Assembly (NCBI GenBank): GCA_963748825.1
Contig: CAVVKN010000017.1
Span: 1-59,680 of the forward strand
Length of the DNA stretch: 59,680 bases
From: Methanotrichaceae archaeon
GTDB lineage: Archaea > Halobacteriota > Methanosarcinia > Methanotrichales > Methanotrichaceae
Direction of reading: 5' to 3'
The notes under the pieces were generated by a model, which made no database searches, was not told where the DNA came from, and saw only the letters and a list, made by a program, of their open reading frames with translations. Made by a program: the position numbers and the translations under genes. Position 1 is the first letter of the stretch; each line of letters opens with the position of its first letter. Shown here piece by piece: positions 18,497-27,776 of the stretch.

Positions 18497-20248
18497 TCAG
18501 CCAGCTCTTTTGCCTGTATATCTCTTGAGATAAAGGCTCACCACATCATAAGGAATTGTGTGCTTCTCCAGCCGGAGATGATTGGCCAGTGCCTCCGCTT
18601 CTTTGCTGTAAGAGCCGGCCACCATTTCGGCGTACTTTATGCCGTCAGCGGTGAGCATGTATTCGTATCGCTGAAGCCATCTGCCTTTATCCTCATAGTG
18701 CCGCACGTCCTGATAGATCATGCCATTGGCAACCAAGATCTGAATGTCTTCAAAGAGCCTCTCGCTGTAGGGAAAGCCATATTCGGAGTGAAAAGAGTAG
18801 TCGAAAAGGCCGCAGAGGCCGGCCGGGCCCAGATCCTTTATCCTGGCCACCTGGCGGTAGAGCCAGGTTATGTTTCTGATCCGAGGAACAAGGATCTTCT
18901 GGCCGTAAGTCTCGGAAAGCATCTGGTGCAGGGTATAAAATAGCAGCAGTAGCCCGTCGATGGGAAGGTAGCTCTCGGAGCGAATGAAGGAGAGAAGCCG
19001 CAGCGCCTGGCTCCTCACCTCCGAGAGTGAGATCTCCCGCCTATCGTCCGAGAAGAAGGATATAGCGATTTGGCGGGTCAAAGATTTGACCAGACCCGCC
19101 GCCAAGGCCGACTCGTCATAAAAAAATCCATTCGCCTCTGTTCTCATGGACCCCGGCACTCCGCTGCCCACAGTGACATCCACCAATGCACCGTATTTTT
19201 TGCCGAGGGCGTCCTCGAAGAGCTTTCTCATGCGTCCGTGGCGGGAAACCGTGGAGAGAGCCATTCTGATATCCGGCGAAAGAGACCTGTGGTCAAACCT
19301 GGCCGCCAGGGGAAATTCCCGGCCGTATTTTATGCGCGCCAGGAGATCTCGGGAGGTGTCGTCCCCCCTCAGCCGGATGAAATCCAGAAGATCGGGGTCC
19401 GTATACTCCCGGAAGAACAGAACAATGCTGCTTTTGGCCTCATCCGCATCCATCCGGCTCAAGGCGCGCTCCAATGCAGCCAGCAGCATGGCACGGATGG
19501 ACTGAACCGTTGGATGGTAGATGAGTGCATTATAGTGATGGGCCCGGGCAATGAGCATCGACTCGGCCGCGGTCTGGGACATCTCGGCCCGATAGTCGCC
19601 CTCCCCCGCCAGCACAATGCGTCCATTGCTGATAGTCAGAGCCTGTAGTATCTGGTCGGTATCCACGAGGCCCAGGGAGACGCCCGAGTGGTGCGAATCA
19701 CGCAAGAGAAAGTCAATTCTGTCTGCATCCAGATCGCCCACGATGATCTGGCCTAGCGGAGCCCTAGCCCCTGAAGCTATGTCCGCAACCTCTCTAAATA
19801 ACTCGTCGGCATCACCGAAATCCCTCTTTGCAGCCTGTAAGGCTTCCTCTCCGAAGGGATGAGCCGCTATGATTTGGCGGGTGAACTCTTCATGTCTGGA
19901 AACACGCCTGCCTGCCAGAGTGGGCTGTATGTCCGGGTTTCGGCTGAGAACACTCTCCACTGCATGGGAGAGTGCCGAGTGCCCCAGATCGTGCAAAAGC
20001 CCGGCGAGGCGCACTTTTCGCACCTCTTCCTCGGAAAGGCCCAGATGCTTGGCCATCCGCCCGGCCATGTACATGGTTCCCAGAGAATGCTCGAACCTGC
20101 TATGGCTCGCTCCTGGATAGACCGTCTCCACCAGACCCAGCTGCTTAATTCCCTTCAGTCGCTGCACCGGCCGGGACAGGATGAGATGCCGCTCCAGCCC
20201 ATCTATCTGGATAGCCCCATGAACAGGGTCGCGAAGAGTGTCAAGCAT
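18497..20248 (-). CDS. HD-domain phosphohydrolase (SAMHD1/YwfO-like) with C-terminal YwgA-like winged-helix domain
   Basis: DPVHG, QRLKGIKQLG, HSRFEHSLG, LLHDLGH, DADRIDFLLRD; C-term YGFPYSERL..YEYMLTADG. Confidence 0.85.
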   Translation of the reverse strand: MLDTLRDPVHGAIQIDGLERHLILSRPVQRLKGIKQLGLVETVYPGASHSRFEHSLGTMYMAGRMAKHLGLSEEEVRKVRLAGLLHDLGHSALSHAVESVLSRNPDIQPTLAGRRVSRHEEFTRQIIAAHPFGEEALQAAKRDFGDADELFREVADIASGARAPLGQIIVGDLDADRIDFLLRDSHHSGVSLGLVDTDQILQALTISNGRIVLAGEGDYRAEMSQTAAESMLIARAHHYNALIYHPTVQSIRAMLLAALERALSRMDADEAKSSIVLFFREYTDPDLLDFIRLRGDDTSRDLLARIKYGREFPLAARFDHRSLSPDIRMALSTVSRHGRMRKLFEDALGKKYGALVDVTVGSGVPGSMRTEANGFFYDESALAAGLVKSLTRQIAISFFSDDRREISLSEVRSQALRLLSFIRSESYLPIDGLLLLFYTLHQMLSETYGQKILVPRIRNITWLYRQVARIKDLGPAGLCGLFDYSFHSEYGFPYSERLFEDIQILVANGMIYQDVRHYEDKGRWLQRYEYMLTADGIKYAEMVAGSYSKEAEALANHLRLEKHTIPYDVVSLYLKRYTGKRAG

Positions 20249-20250
20249 AC

Positions 20251-20647
20251 CTATTTTGAAGCCAGCTTTATTATGGCAGCAGCCAGGTCTCCTTTGGCCG
20301 CCTGCAGGGCAGCTTTTGCCTCCGGCAAATTCGCGCCAGTTTGAGCGGCTACTAGCTGCACGTCCGAGTCCGGAATCTCAATTGGGGGCTCTTCTGCCGT
20401 CTCCCTGGCCAGCGGACGGCGCACGCTCAGTTACATCGCCGGATATCTGAAAGCTTCGTGTGCCGTGGGAATCCATGATCGCGACAGATGGATTGGTTAT
20501 GACAATTTCCTTGTCAGGCATGCGAATGATAACCTCGGAGACGTTCTCAAGCTCATCGATATCAATGCCCATGTTCTTCAACATGCCTTTCATCTTCTTG
20601 GGGCTCATGCCGCCCCTTCCGCCTAATCCTCCAAGTCCTGGAAACAT
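20251..20647 (-). CDS. nac: Nascent polypeptide-associated complex protein, frameshifted near 20410 in this sequence
   Basis: NAC domain (MKGMLKNMGIDIDEL..EVII..NPSV..FQISG) in one frame; UBA domain IPDSDVQLVAAQTG..AKAAL..KGDLAAAIIKL in +1 frame ending TAG at 20251. Confidence 0.85.
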
Positions 20648-21026
20648 ATAATCACCTTTTTCTCAGAGGTGATTAATTGTAGGTAAAGATATCGATACTT
20701 TTTTTGCTATTGATCAGAAATTAGGCTCCTTGACTTTGGAGATGAGCAATAGGAATGAAGCTGAGCTGGGAAGCACGCCTTGGTATTTCTTGATCCTGTT
20801 ATCTTTGATATCTACGGAATAAAATACCTGATTATTGGTGATGCAGAAAATATCTTCAACAATCATTGTCGTCATCAGGTATAAAATGAAAGCGTTCCTG
20901 ACAGATAATGGAGGGCCTCATTCTTTTGGCATTTCAAGCATTGCTGGCGTTCCATGCATTTTTTGGCGTCTTAAGAATCAGTTTCGCCATCATAGGAAGA
21001 GTTATGTTGCCGAAAGGGCCACTTAA

Positions 21027-22880
21027 ATGCCAATGAAAGAGCAGCCCCGTTTCCTGCCTATGTCCCTGCAGGAGGCAAGAAAGCTAGGAATAGAGCAGTT
21101 TGATGTAATTCTCATAAGCGGAGACGCTTACGTTGATCACCCCTCCTTTGCTGCGGCTATCATCGGCCGGGTGCTCTGGGATGCCGGCTACAGCGTGGGC
21201 ATTGTCGCCCAGCCCGACTGCAAAAAGGATGATGACTTTCGCAAGCTGGGCCGGCCGCGCCTCTTCTTCGGCATATCCTCGGGAAACGTGGACTCCCTGG
21301 TGAACAACTTAACGCCCAACTTAAAACGGCGAAGCTCAGACGTCTATTCGCCCGGCGGAGCCTTGCTCCGGCCGGACAGGGCAACAATCGTTTACACTAA
21401 TAAGGTTCATGCCCTCTTTCCCGGCGTTCCGATTGTTTTAGGCGGGATCGAGGCCAGCTTGCGCCGCTTTGCCCATTACGATTACTGGTCGGACTCCGTT
21501 CGCCAGTCCATCCTTGCCGACGCGCCCGCTGATCTGATCATCTACGGCATGGGTGAGAATCCTTTGCGAGAGGTGGCCCTGAGGCTGGAGAAGGGCGAGA
21601 GAATTGAGGAGATCCAGGACGTTGCTGGAACCACGGTCAAAGAGGAGATCAGCCGCTGGCGTAGCAGCCCGCGCGAAGACTGCCTGGTTATCCCCAGCTT
21701 CACAGAGGTTTCCACGGACAAGAGAAAATACGCCCAGGCCTTCGCCCTGCACTACAAAGAGCAGGATCCTTTCCACGGGCGGGCAGTTGTCCAGCCGCAC
21801 CCCAAGACAGTCATCATCCAAAACCCGCCGGCGCGGCCCCTGAGGACGGAGGAGCTTGACCGCATTTACGAGCTGCCCTTTGCCCGCGAGGCTCATCCCT
21901 CTTACCAGGAGCCCATACCGGCCTTAGAGCCGGTGCGCTTCTCCATCACCAGCCATCGGGGCTGCTTCGGATCCTGCTCCTTTTGCGCTCTGACCCACCA
22001 CCAGGGCAGGATTGTGCAGAGCAGAAGCGAAGATTCCATCCTGCGCGAGGCTACGAAGCTGACGAAGATGAAGGGCTTTCACGGCATCATTTCCGATGTG
22101 GGCGGGCCGACGGCCAACATGTACGCCCTTTCCTGCCCACGCTGGAAGCAGGGCGCATGCTCCGACAAGCTCTGCTCGGCTGAGTGCCCGAGCCTGGACA
22201 AAGACCACTCCAGGCAGGTAGATCTCTTGCGGCGGCTCCGGAAAATTCCCGGAGTGAAAAAGGTCTTCATCGGCTCGGGCATCAGGCACGACCTGATAAT
22301 GGCTGACCATTCCCCCTACCTGGAAGAGCTTTGCCGGCATCACGTCTCCGGCCACCTCAAGATTGCACCCGAGCACATCTCTCGATCAGTAACAGAGTGC
22401 ATGCATAAGCCCCCCTGCGAGGTCCTGGATGCTTTCCGGGAGCGCTTTTCCGCCGCCAGCAAGGCGGTGGGAAAGGAGCAGTACCTTCTGCCCTATCTCA
22501 TGTCCGGTCATCCCGGCTGCACTGTGTTGGAGATGGTCGAGCTGGCTGAGTACTTGCGTGACAATCGCATGTACACGGAGCAGGTGCAGGACTTCACACC
22601 TACGCCCATGACCGTTTCCACTGCCATGTACTACACCGGTCTCGACCCCTTCAGCCTCACGCCCGTGCACGTGCCCAAAGGTCGAGAGAAGAGGATTCAG
22701 CGGGCCATGCTGCGGTACCGGGACCCCAATAACTACGATCTGGTCAAAGAGGGCCTGCAGATGGCCGGCCGGGCGGACCTCATCGGCGAGGGGAGGCAGT
22801 GCCTGATACCGGCACGGCCGGCGGGCGGGCGTGGGTGGGGGCTAGAGAAGAGAAGGAATGAAAAGAAAAAAACGAAGTAG
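21027..22880 (+). CDS. YgiQ/UPF0313-family radical SAM protein
   Basis: GDAYVDHPSF, GGIEASLRR.AHYDYW, CFGSCSFC, DVGGPTANMY, QVQDFTPTP. Confidence 0.93.
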   Translation: MPMKEQPRFLPMSLQEARKLGIEQFDVILISGDAYVDHPSFAAAIIGRVLWDAGYSVGIVAQPDCKKDDDFRKLGRPRLFFGISSGNVDSLVNNLTPNLKRRSSDVYSPGGALLRPDRATIVYTNKVHALFPGVPIVLGGIEASLRRFAHYDYWSDSVRQSILADAPADLIIYGMGENPLREVALRLEKGERIEEIQDVAGTTVKEEISRWRSSPREDCLVIPSFTEVSTDKRKYAQAFALHYKEQDPFHGRAVVQPHPKTVIIQNPPARPLRTEELDRIYELPFAREAHPSYQEPIPALEPVRFSITSHRGCFGSCSFCALTHHQGRIVQSRSEDSILREATKLTKMKGFHGIISDVGGPTANMYALSCPRWKQGACSDKLCSAECPSLDKDHSRQVDLLRRLRKIPGVKKVFIGSGIRHDLIMADHSPYLEELCRHHVSGHLKIAPEHISRSVTECMHKPPCEVLDAFRERFSAASKAVGKEQYLLPYLMSGHPGCTVLEMVELAEYLRDNRMYTEQVQDFTPTPMTVSTAMYYTGLDPFSLTPVHVPKGREKRIQRAMLRYRDPNNYDLVKEGLQMAGRADLIGEGRQCLIPARPAGGRGWGLEKRRNEKKKTK

Positions 22881-22909
22881 CGAACAAATATAAGCTGCAA
22901 AGAGATTGA

Positions 22910-23464
22910 ATGGAAGATTTTGCGGATAGATACGGCAGCCGTTTTGTGAAATTGGTGGACAGCCGTGCTACCGGAAAGGAGTTTGAATTCGATCAGGTAC
23001 TGCTCATGCCGACAGCCGCAGGCTATCGCGCTCTGGTGGAGCAGGCCCAAGTCGAGATCAAGCCCAGGATAATGAGATATCTATCCAGGAGATGGTCGGA
23101 GGGCGCAATAGAGAACCTCTCTTTTTTTGCCATGGCCGTAGCCGTTTATGCCCGAAGCGTCTCCGATCCGCCACTCACAATTGATGTGGGAAAGGTGCTG
23201 CTCAGAACAGTGACCTTTTGCAATCGCAGATGCGCCAACAGAAAGAGCTCAGGGGGCGGATGCAAGCTGGCAATGAACCGAGCGGAACATCATCTGCCCA
23301 AATGCATCAAAATTCCCAGGGATGTTGCGGTTATCCTGGGCTGCCTGAAGAGATATATCGCAACCGGCAAAGTCACAAGCGGCCGGGATGCTGCAAACGT
23401 GCATGAGGCCATGAGCGTGAAGGTCGATCCGGGATCGGACTATGCTCCGGCGACGTCGTGCTGA
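22910..23464 (+). CDS. Hypothetical protein with Cys cluster
   Basis: 184-aa ORF directly after radical SAM gene; CNRRC..C..C. Confidence 0.55.
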   Translation: MEDFADRYGSRFVKLVDSRATGKEFEFDQVLLMPTAAGYRALVEQAQVEIKPRIMRYLSRRWSEGAIENLSFFAMAVAVYARSVSDPPLTIDVGKVLLRTVTFCNRRCANRKSSGGGCKLAMNRAEHHLPKCIKIPRDVAVILGCLKRYIATGKVTSGRDAANVHEAMSVKVDPGSDYAPATSC

Positions 23465-23553
23465 GCTTTTTTTGCTGAGTGCTGATGAAAATAAAACAGA
23501 TTATAATCGTGGGAACATATTTTAAGCCGTAAAGCCTAACGGGAGCGGATCAT

Positions 23554-23913
23554 CTACCTCTCGTTACCTAAATCGTACATGATTTTCTTCATCGATTCCT
23601 GCAATGGTGGCAGATCATCCTGCAATGTTTGCCATACTACTTCTATGTCAACCCCAAAGTAGGCATGGATCAACTTATCACGCATGCGGGCAAGTCCGCT
23701 CCAGGGAACGTCTGGATATCTGTCTCTTATTGAAGGAGGTATGTTCTTGGCTGCCTCTCCAATGACTTCGATCACTCGAATTGCAGCTAATACCTTTTCT
23801 TCATTGCTCTGAAATGCACCGTAATCGAGATCTTCAACAATACGCATTCCCTTCTCAGCATACTGGGCCATGTCCTCTAAAAAATCCAGGAAGTCTCTCG
23901 ATCCCGCTTTCAT
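23554..23913 (-). CDS. hepT: HepT/DUF86 HEPN ribonuclease toxin
   Basis: IEVIGEAAKNIP..VPWSGLARMRDKLIHAYFGVD (Rx4H). Confidence 0.9.
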   Translation of the reverse strand: MKAGSRDFLDFLEDMAQYAEKGMRIVEDLDYGAFQSNEEKVLAAIRVIEVIGEAAKNIPPSIRDRYPDVPWSGLARMRDKLIHAYFGVDIEVVWQTLQDDLPPLQESMKKIMYDLGNER

Positions 23914-24230
23914 ATGGGAATCACTTCTGCCAGGATTCGCTGGCCAATGTGGGTCTTCAGGGCCTTTTTCATGACCAGATCGACCTTGATGCCCAGCTTT
24001 TCGCTCAGTTCATCCTCCATGCGAATGAACTCCAAGAGCGACGGAGCCTGGTGAAACTCCACAAGTATATCCAGATCGCTCGACTTCTTCGCCTCTCTGC
24101 GGACATACGATCCAAAGATGCCTAAGGACTTCACGTTATACCGTTCTGTGACCTCAGGCATGCTCTGTTTGAGAACCTGCTCAATCTCCTCCAGCGACCG
24201 GGCCTGCCAGTTGGCTTTGGGCTGTGCCAT
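23910..24230 (-). CDS. mntA: Minimal nucleotidyltransferase (MNT/MntA) antitoxin
   Basis: FGSYVRREAKKSSDLDILVEF (GSx10DxD), KVDLV; overlaps hepT start. Confidence 0.9.
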   Translation of the reverse strand: MAQPKANWQARSLEEIEQVLKQSMPEVTERYNVKSLGIFGSYVRREAKKSSDLDILVEFHQAPSLLEFIRMEDELSEKLGIKVDLVMKKALKTHIGQRILAEVIPI

Positions 24231-24380
24231 AATAATCCCCGAATAGTTCTGAGGATAGAACCTCAGTTCATCCATATTGAAGCGCATGATTATCTAGTTA
24301 ATGGGAAAGATAGGGCCAAAAAGCTCTCCTCCTCTTGATGGAGCAGAGGGAGCAATTCCTGACCCATTGGATAATTCTAT

Positions 24381-24656
24381 TCAATTTTTGGCTTTACTTT
24401 GAGACTTTATCATTTTTTCGGATAGATCTCTTGCTAATATTAATATCATTTCATCGATAATGCTATCTGGCTTAGGCATTAATTCAGAATTTTTTCCCAT
24501 CAGAGCGGACCTTAGCGTCGTTCCCCTTTCAGAAACCCTGGATTGCGGGATTTTTATTGCAGTCCCATCAAGCTTTTGCATTACGTAGTGTATTATTTCG
24601 ATATCGCCCTTCGTTTCTTCAGAACCTATATCTTTTGCTTTTCTGAGATTTTCCAA
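24381..24656 (-). other. Short AT-rich ORF or gene fragment, unassigned
   Basis: 91-aa frame without clear start context; no recognisable motif. Confidence 0.3.
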
Positions 24657-24904
24657 GACATCATCGAAACAGCGAACGCCTTTCCTGAAAAGAATAAACT
24701 ATGTAGATGCTGCAGAGAGATAGCTCTCAGAAGATTCTCTTGGATTCGGGAGCTTTTCCTGAGCTGCACCAAGCGCAACAAAAGATCGGGCACCAATAGG
24801 TCGTCCGGAGGCTGAAAAGAGCTGGCTAAATCGTTTTAGTCAGATGTGTACAGCGAAAGTGTCTATTAATATTATGAATGCATTTTAAGGCCAGGAGTAC
24901 TGAA

Positions 24905-25312
24905 ATGAGACTTAGAGTAATCAGCGCCAGAAATGAGATCCCTAATTTGAACCCCAATGAGAAGACAGTTCACATGGCCTTTCGGGCCAGCAATGTAGAT
25001 TTCCTTAACCTGATGCAGAGATGTCCCAGGCTGAGGATGATTCAGGTTCCGCCATCTTATCGCAAGACCATGTCCAATGCCATCCAGGTATTCCTGGAGA
25101 TGCAGGGTGTTGAGATGCTGGAAGGCGACGTATGGGGCCACAGAAAGGACTTGGATGAGTACTTCACGGTAGACGACACCACGCTTGAGGAGATCCGTGT
25201 TCTGGCCGCCAGCGGCGCATCCGTCGATGATGTGGCCGATCAGATTCACAAGAAGGCCAGGATCAGCTTGGACCTTATCAAGTACATCACCAAGACCAAG
25301 ATTACCGCTTGA
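24905..25312 (+). CDS. DUF1699-family protein
   Basis: MRLRVISARNEI..HMAFR.SN.D..CPRL..IQVP.SY..EGDVWGHRKDLDEY. Confidence 0.85.
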   Translation: MRLRVISARNEIPNLNPNEKTVHMAFRASNVDFLNLMQRCPRLRMIQVPPSYRKTMSNAIQVFLEMQGVEMLEGDVWGHRKDLDEYFTVDDTTLEEIRVLAASGASVDDVADQIHKKARISLDLIKYITKTKITA

Positions 25313-25384
25313 GCTCGGAGGCTGAGCGACTCAGCTAGCCCACCTAACAATTTTTGTTATCGGTCTGCCGGCTTTCAACCGCCA

Positions 25385-25402
25385 ACTACAAATATCTATA
25401 AC
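25385..25402 (+). promoter_or_regulatory. Putative archaeal BRE/TATA promoter upstream of the structured RNA
   Basis: AT-rich CAAATATCTATAAC about 40 nt upstream of the closing stem, after the DUF1699 hairpin/T-tract. Confidence 0.4.
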
Positions 25403-25442
25403 GATTACATAGGTAGTTTGCTGCTTCATGCCATGATAGGGT

Positions 25443-25916
25443 GGCGGGCGTGCCGTGGGCTTAACGTATTCCGATGATGCTCTGATGACAGGGGAAATCT
25501 AGTGTGTTTGCTCCACCGTGGGGCAGCATGCCGCCAGCTCCTAGGGTTGGCCGATCAAAATCCCTTGGTACAGGAGATGCATGCCTTCGTGGCACTGCAT
25601 TTGGCTACGAGCCTGTGAGACTGAAACTTCGCGGCCTTGGAAAAAAGTTGCGCGCTATAACTGGCGCAGTAATCTGCCGGGAGATCTCACGCGAATACAC
25701 GGTCGGGGCATAAGCGGCACAAGTCAAGCCAAAGGCGAGAAGGCGGGCACATGGCCCCATGAGAACGGGTTCCAGTAAAACGGACGCTGTGTGAGATTCC
25801 AGCGCTGTGCCGCCTTCGAGCCCAGCTTATTAAAGTCGAGCTTTGGGTAGGGTCAGGCCATCACTACGGTGATCGGTCCCTTTGAGGAGGGCGCTGTGGA
25901 TCGGCGCTGGCCCGCC
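25443..25916 (+). ncRNA. Candidate large (~475 nt) highly structured noncoding RNA of unknown class
   Basis: Terminal stem 25443-55/25902-16, nested long-range stems 25456-62/25818-24, 25528-32/25707-11, 25552-56/25701-05, 25614-20/25685-91, 25714-21/25806-13; many hairpins; G-U wobbles and a cUACGg tetraloop favour + strand; no credible ORF. Confidence 0.7.
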
Positions 25917-26269
25917 TGTATCTCGATACTCATTCTCTTGATTATTTCATTGGCGTGAATGTGATCTTTTCTGGCCTGAATCGAAAACCTTTTATCTCGG
26001 CAATTGCCGTATATGGTATATGGCAAAGGTCGAAGTGTCTTTTTCCCTCCTACGTCACTGACTTTTGCCTCCCTCCTTCTTATCATCAAATCGGTGCTTT
26101 TGTCCCCATCAAGCAAGACTTGGGATCGAGCTCGTTTCAAGCTGTATCCGTATATCTGTTTTGAAATCGATTTTGCGGACTCATTGTTCTGATCTTCTGA
26201 AATACTTCTGTGACATTGCCCAATAAGAGTTATTCCGCTCCGGCTTAATATCAAAAAAGGATGTTTCGG

Positions 26270-26770
26270 TTAAACTCTAAAGCTAAACGTTCTATTAGCG
26301 AGTTGTTGCCCATTTGCAGTATAATATAATTTAAGTGTATAAGTTCCGGTTAACCAGGTATATTGGTTACCCAGGTACGAGGTTGGGACTATGTAGAGCC
26401 AATAATCGCAGCTCACTGGTTGGTTTATAGCGACTGAAGATATGGGAAAGACATTTTTTATAACGATAGCTGGACCGCCAGGTGGTACTGTAAGGGTTTC
26501 CAAATTAAAGTTGGACGCATCCAATCCACAAATATCTTGCTGGGTTACTGCGGATATAACCTTGACACCTACATTTACTGGCTCGCTGTTACCTGGAGAA
26601 GCCGGTGCTATCTTTATCAGATTAATGTTGATTGATGGTGCAATTTGTTGTGGGTTTGGCATTACTGCAACAGATTGACTGGGACGTATCACTGGTAGAG
26701 CTGCATTAACCATACTTACTGCAACTATAAGCAACAAAATAAAGGCCAGAAATGCTTTTGCTTTTTTCAT
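26270..26770 (-). CDS. Hypothetical secreted beta-rich protein (low GC)
   Basis: Signal peptide MKKAKAFLAFILLLIVAVSMVNA; GAGGTG RBS; GLDASNF..GTYTLKL. Confidence 0.75.
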   Translation of the reverse strand: MKKAKAFLAFILLLIVAVSMVNAALPVIRPSQSVAVMPNPQQIAPSININLIKIAPASPGNSEPVNVGVKVISAVTQQDICGLDASNFNLETLTVPPGGPAIVIKNVFPISSVAINQPVSCDYWLYIVPTSYLGNQYTWLTGTYTLKLYYTANGQQLANRTFSFRV

Positions 26771-27065
26771 GTCTTAACACCTCTTTGCGCAAACCCATGG
26801 ACCTATCTGGTCCCCAATAAAGTGCCGCTTTTAAACTTAAAAGCCCGGTACACTGTAATTGGGGAATCAAGGTTTAGATTTTGGATAATCCCTTTTAGCA
26901 CATATAGCTATAAGATAGATATCTGTCTTTCGTTCTGAAAAAAACGATACCAATCCGCTTTGGATACATACCAGTCTCCTTAAAAGCCATACGTATTTTC
27001 TGAATTTTTTCAAACTTTTCCGGGGCGAAGATCATGGGCTGAGTTAGGAATCAGATGTATCAGTC

Positions 27066-27292
27066 TTACGTAGATGTCATTGGCTGGGCGCTGCGGCTGT
27101 TTCGCACGAAGTCTTGCAAGAAGTATAGGAGATCGTCTATCGTCTATTCGCGGGCCAGCAGGCACAGGTCGATAAGCCCAAAGGAGCCTCGGCCCGCCAG
27201 ATAGGTATTGGGATAAACGGATAAACGGTATCAGAAGTCGAGCTCATCTCAAGCTGGTAGTTCACGTTGCCGAGGGTTATTCCATGAATCAT
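27066..27292 (-). pseudogene. Possible decayed small gene with 8-bp tandem duplication
   Basis: ATG 27292 with AGAGGGA RBS; GGATAAAC duplicated (27211-18/27219-26) shifts frame; a further TAG downstream. Confidence 0.35.
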
Positions 27293-27482
27293 ATCCCTCT
27301 TCAATAATGGCACGATGCTGATTTAATTAAATTTAAATATTTAAAAATACCATTAATTTATAGGAGCCTCCGAGAAGCTTCAAATCGTACAGATTAGATG
27401 CATCTTGAAGGCTCGCCCATACATTCTCCAGTTTCTCTAATCGGTTTGGCTGCCCTTATCGTTGCTTTCTCTTGTTACCTTT

Positions 27483-27650
27483 TTATCCCCCGGGTATGCG
27501 CGTCTCAACCTCGACCATCCAGACGACGTGCCAGTACAAAGGCACCTTACCCTTCCGGCCCTCCTTCTTCACCTTGAACCTAACTTTAGATTCCTCCACC
27601 CCGGCTCTTCTGAAGCTCCACAGTGCGGCAAGCCTCGGGCCCGCGTAGCC
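27483..27650 (-). pseudogene. Remnant of small basic YW..W..G.K.R.VYLG-type protein (one of four in window)
   Basis: KVKKEGRKGKVPLYWHVVW...TR; related pieces at 57545, 58740, 58995. Confidence 0.45.
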
Positions 27651-27776
27651 TCTCGCGCATCCGCAGCGAAGCCCGGATGTTCGCCAGCTCATCCGCGCAT
27701 CCTCCGATTATAGAATAGAGGACAGATAAAGTGGGAAGATCAAAGCAAGGGAATTATTGGTCCCTTCCCATCCATC

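Noticed and set aside
25482-25499. Hammerhead ribozyme core CUGAUGA..GAAA
   Set aside because: No stem II between the core elements and no matching stem I/III.
25575-25706. Group I intron core (GAGACUGA..AUACACGGUCG resembling R/S) or group II domain V (GAGCC..GAAA)
   Set aside because: No convincing P3, no A-rich J4/5, imperfect P7 and no host exon; the domain V lower stem and AC bulge are absent; alternative stems explain these bases better.
25443-25916. RNase P, SRP RNA or tmRNA as identity of the structured tract
   Set aside because: No GAGGAAAGUCC, no SRP helix-8 motif and no tRNA-like ends found on either strand.
25853-26254. 133-aa minus-strand ORF
   Set aside because: No RBS or motif, overlaps the structured RNA 3' end; at most an unidentifiable frameshifted remnant.
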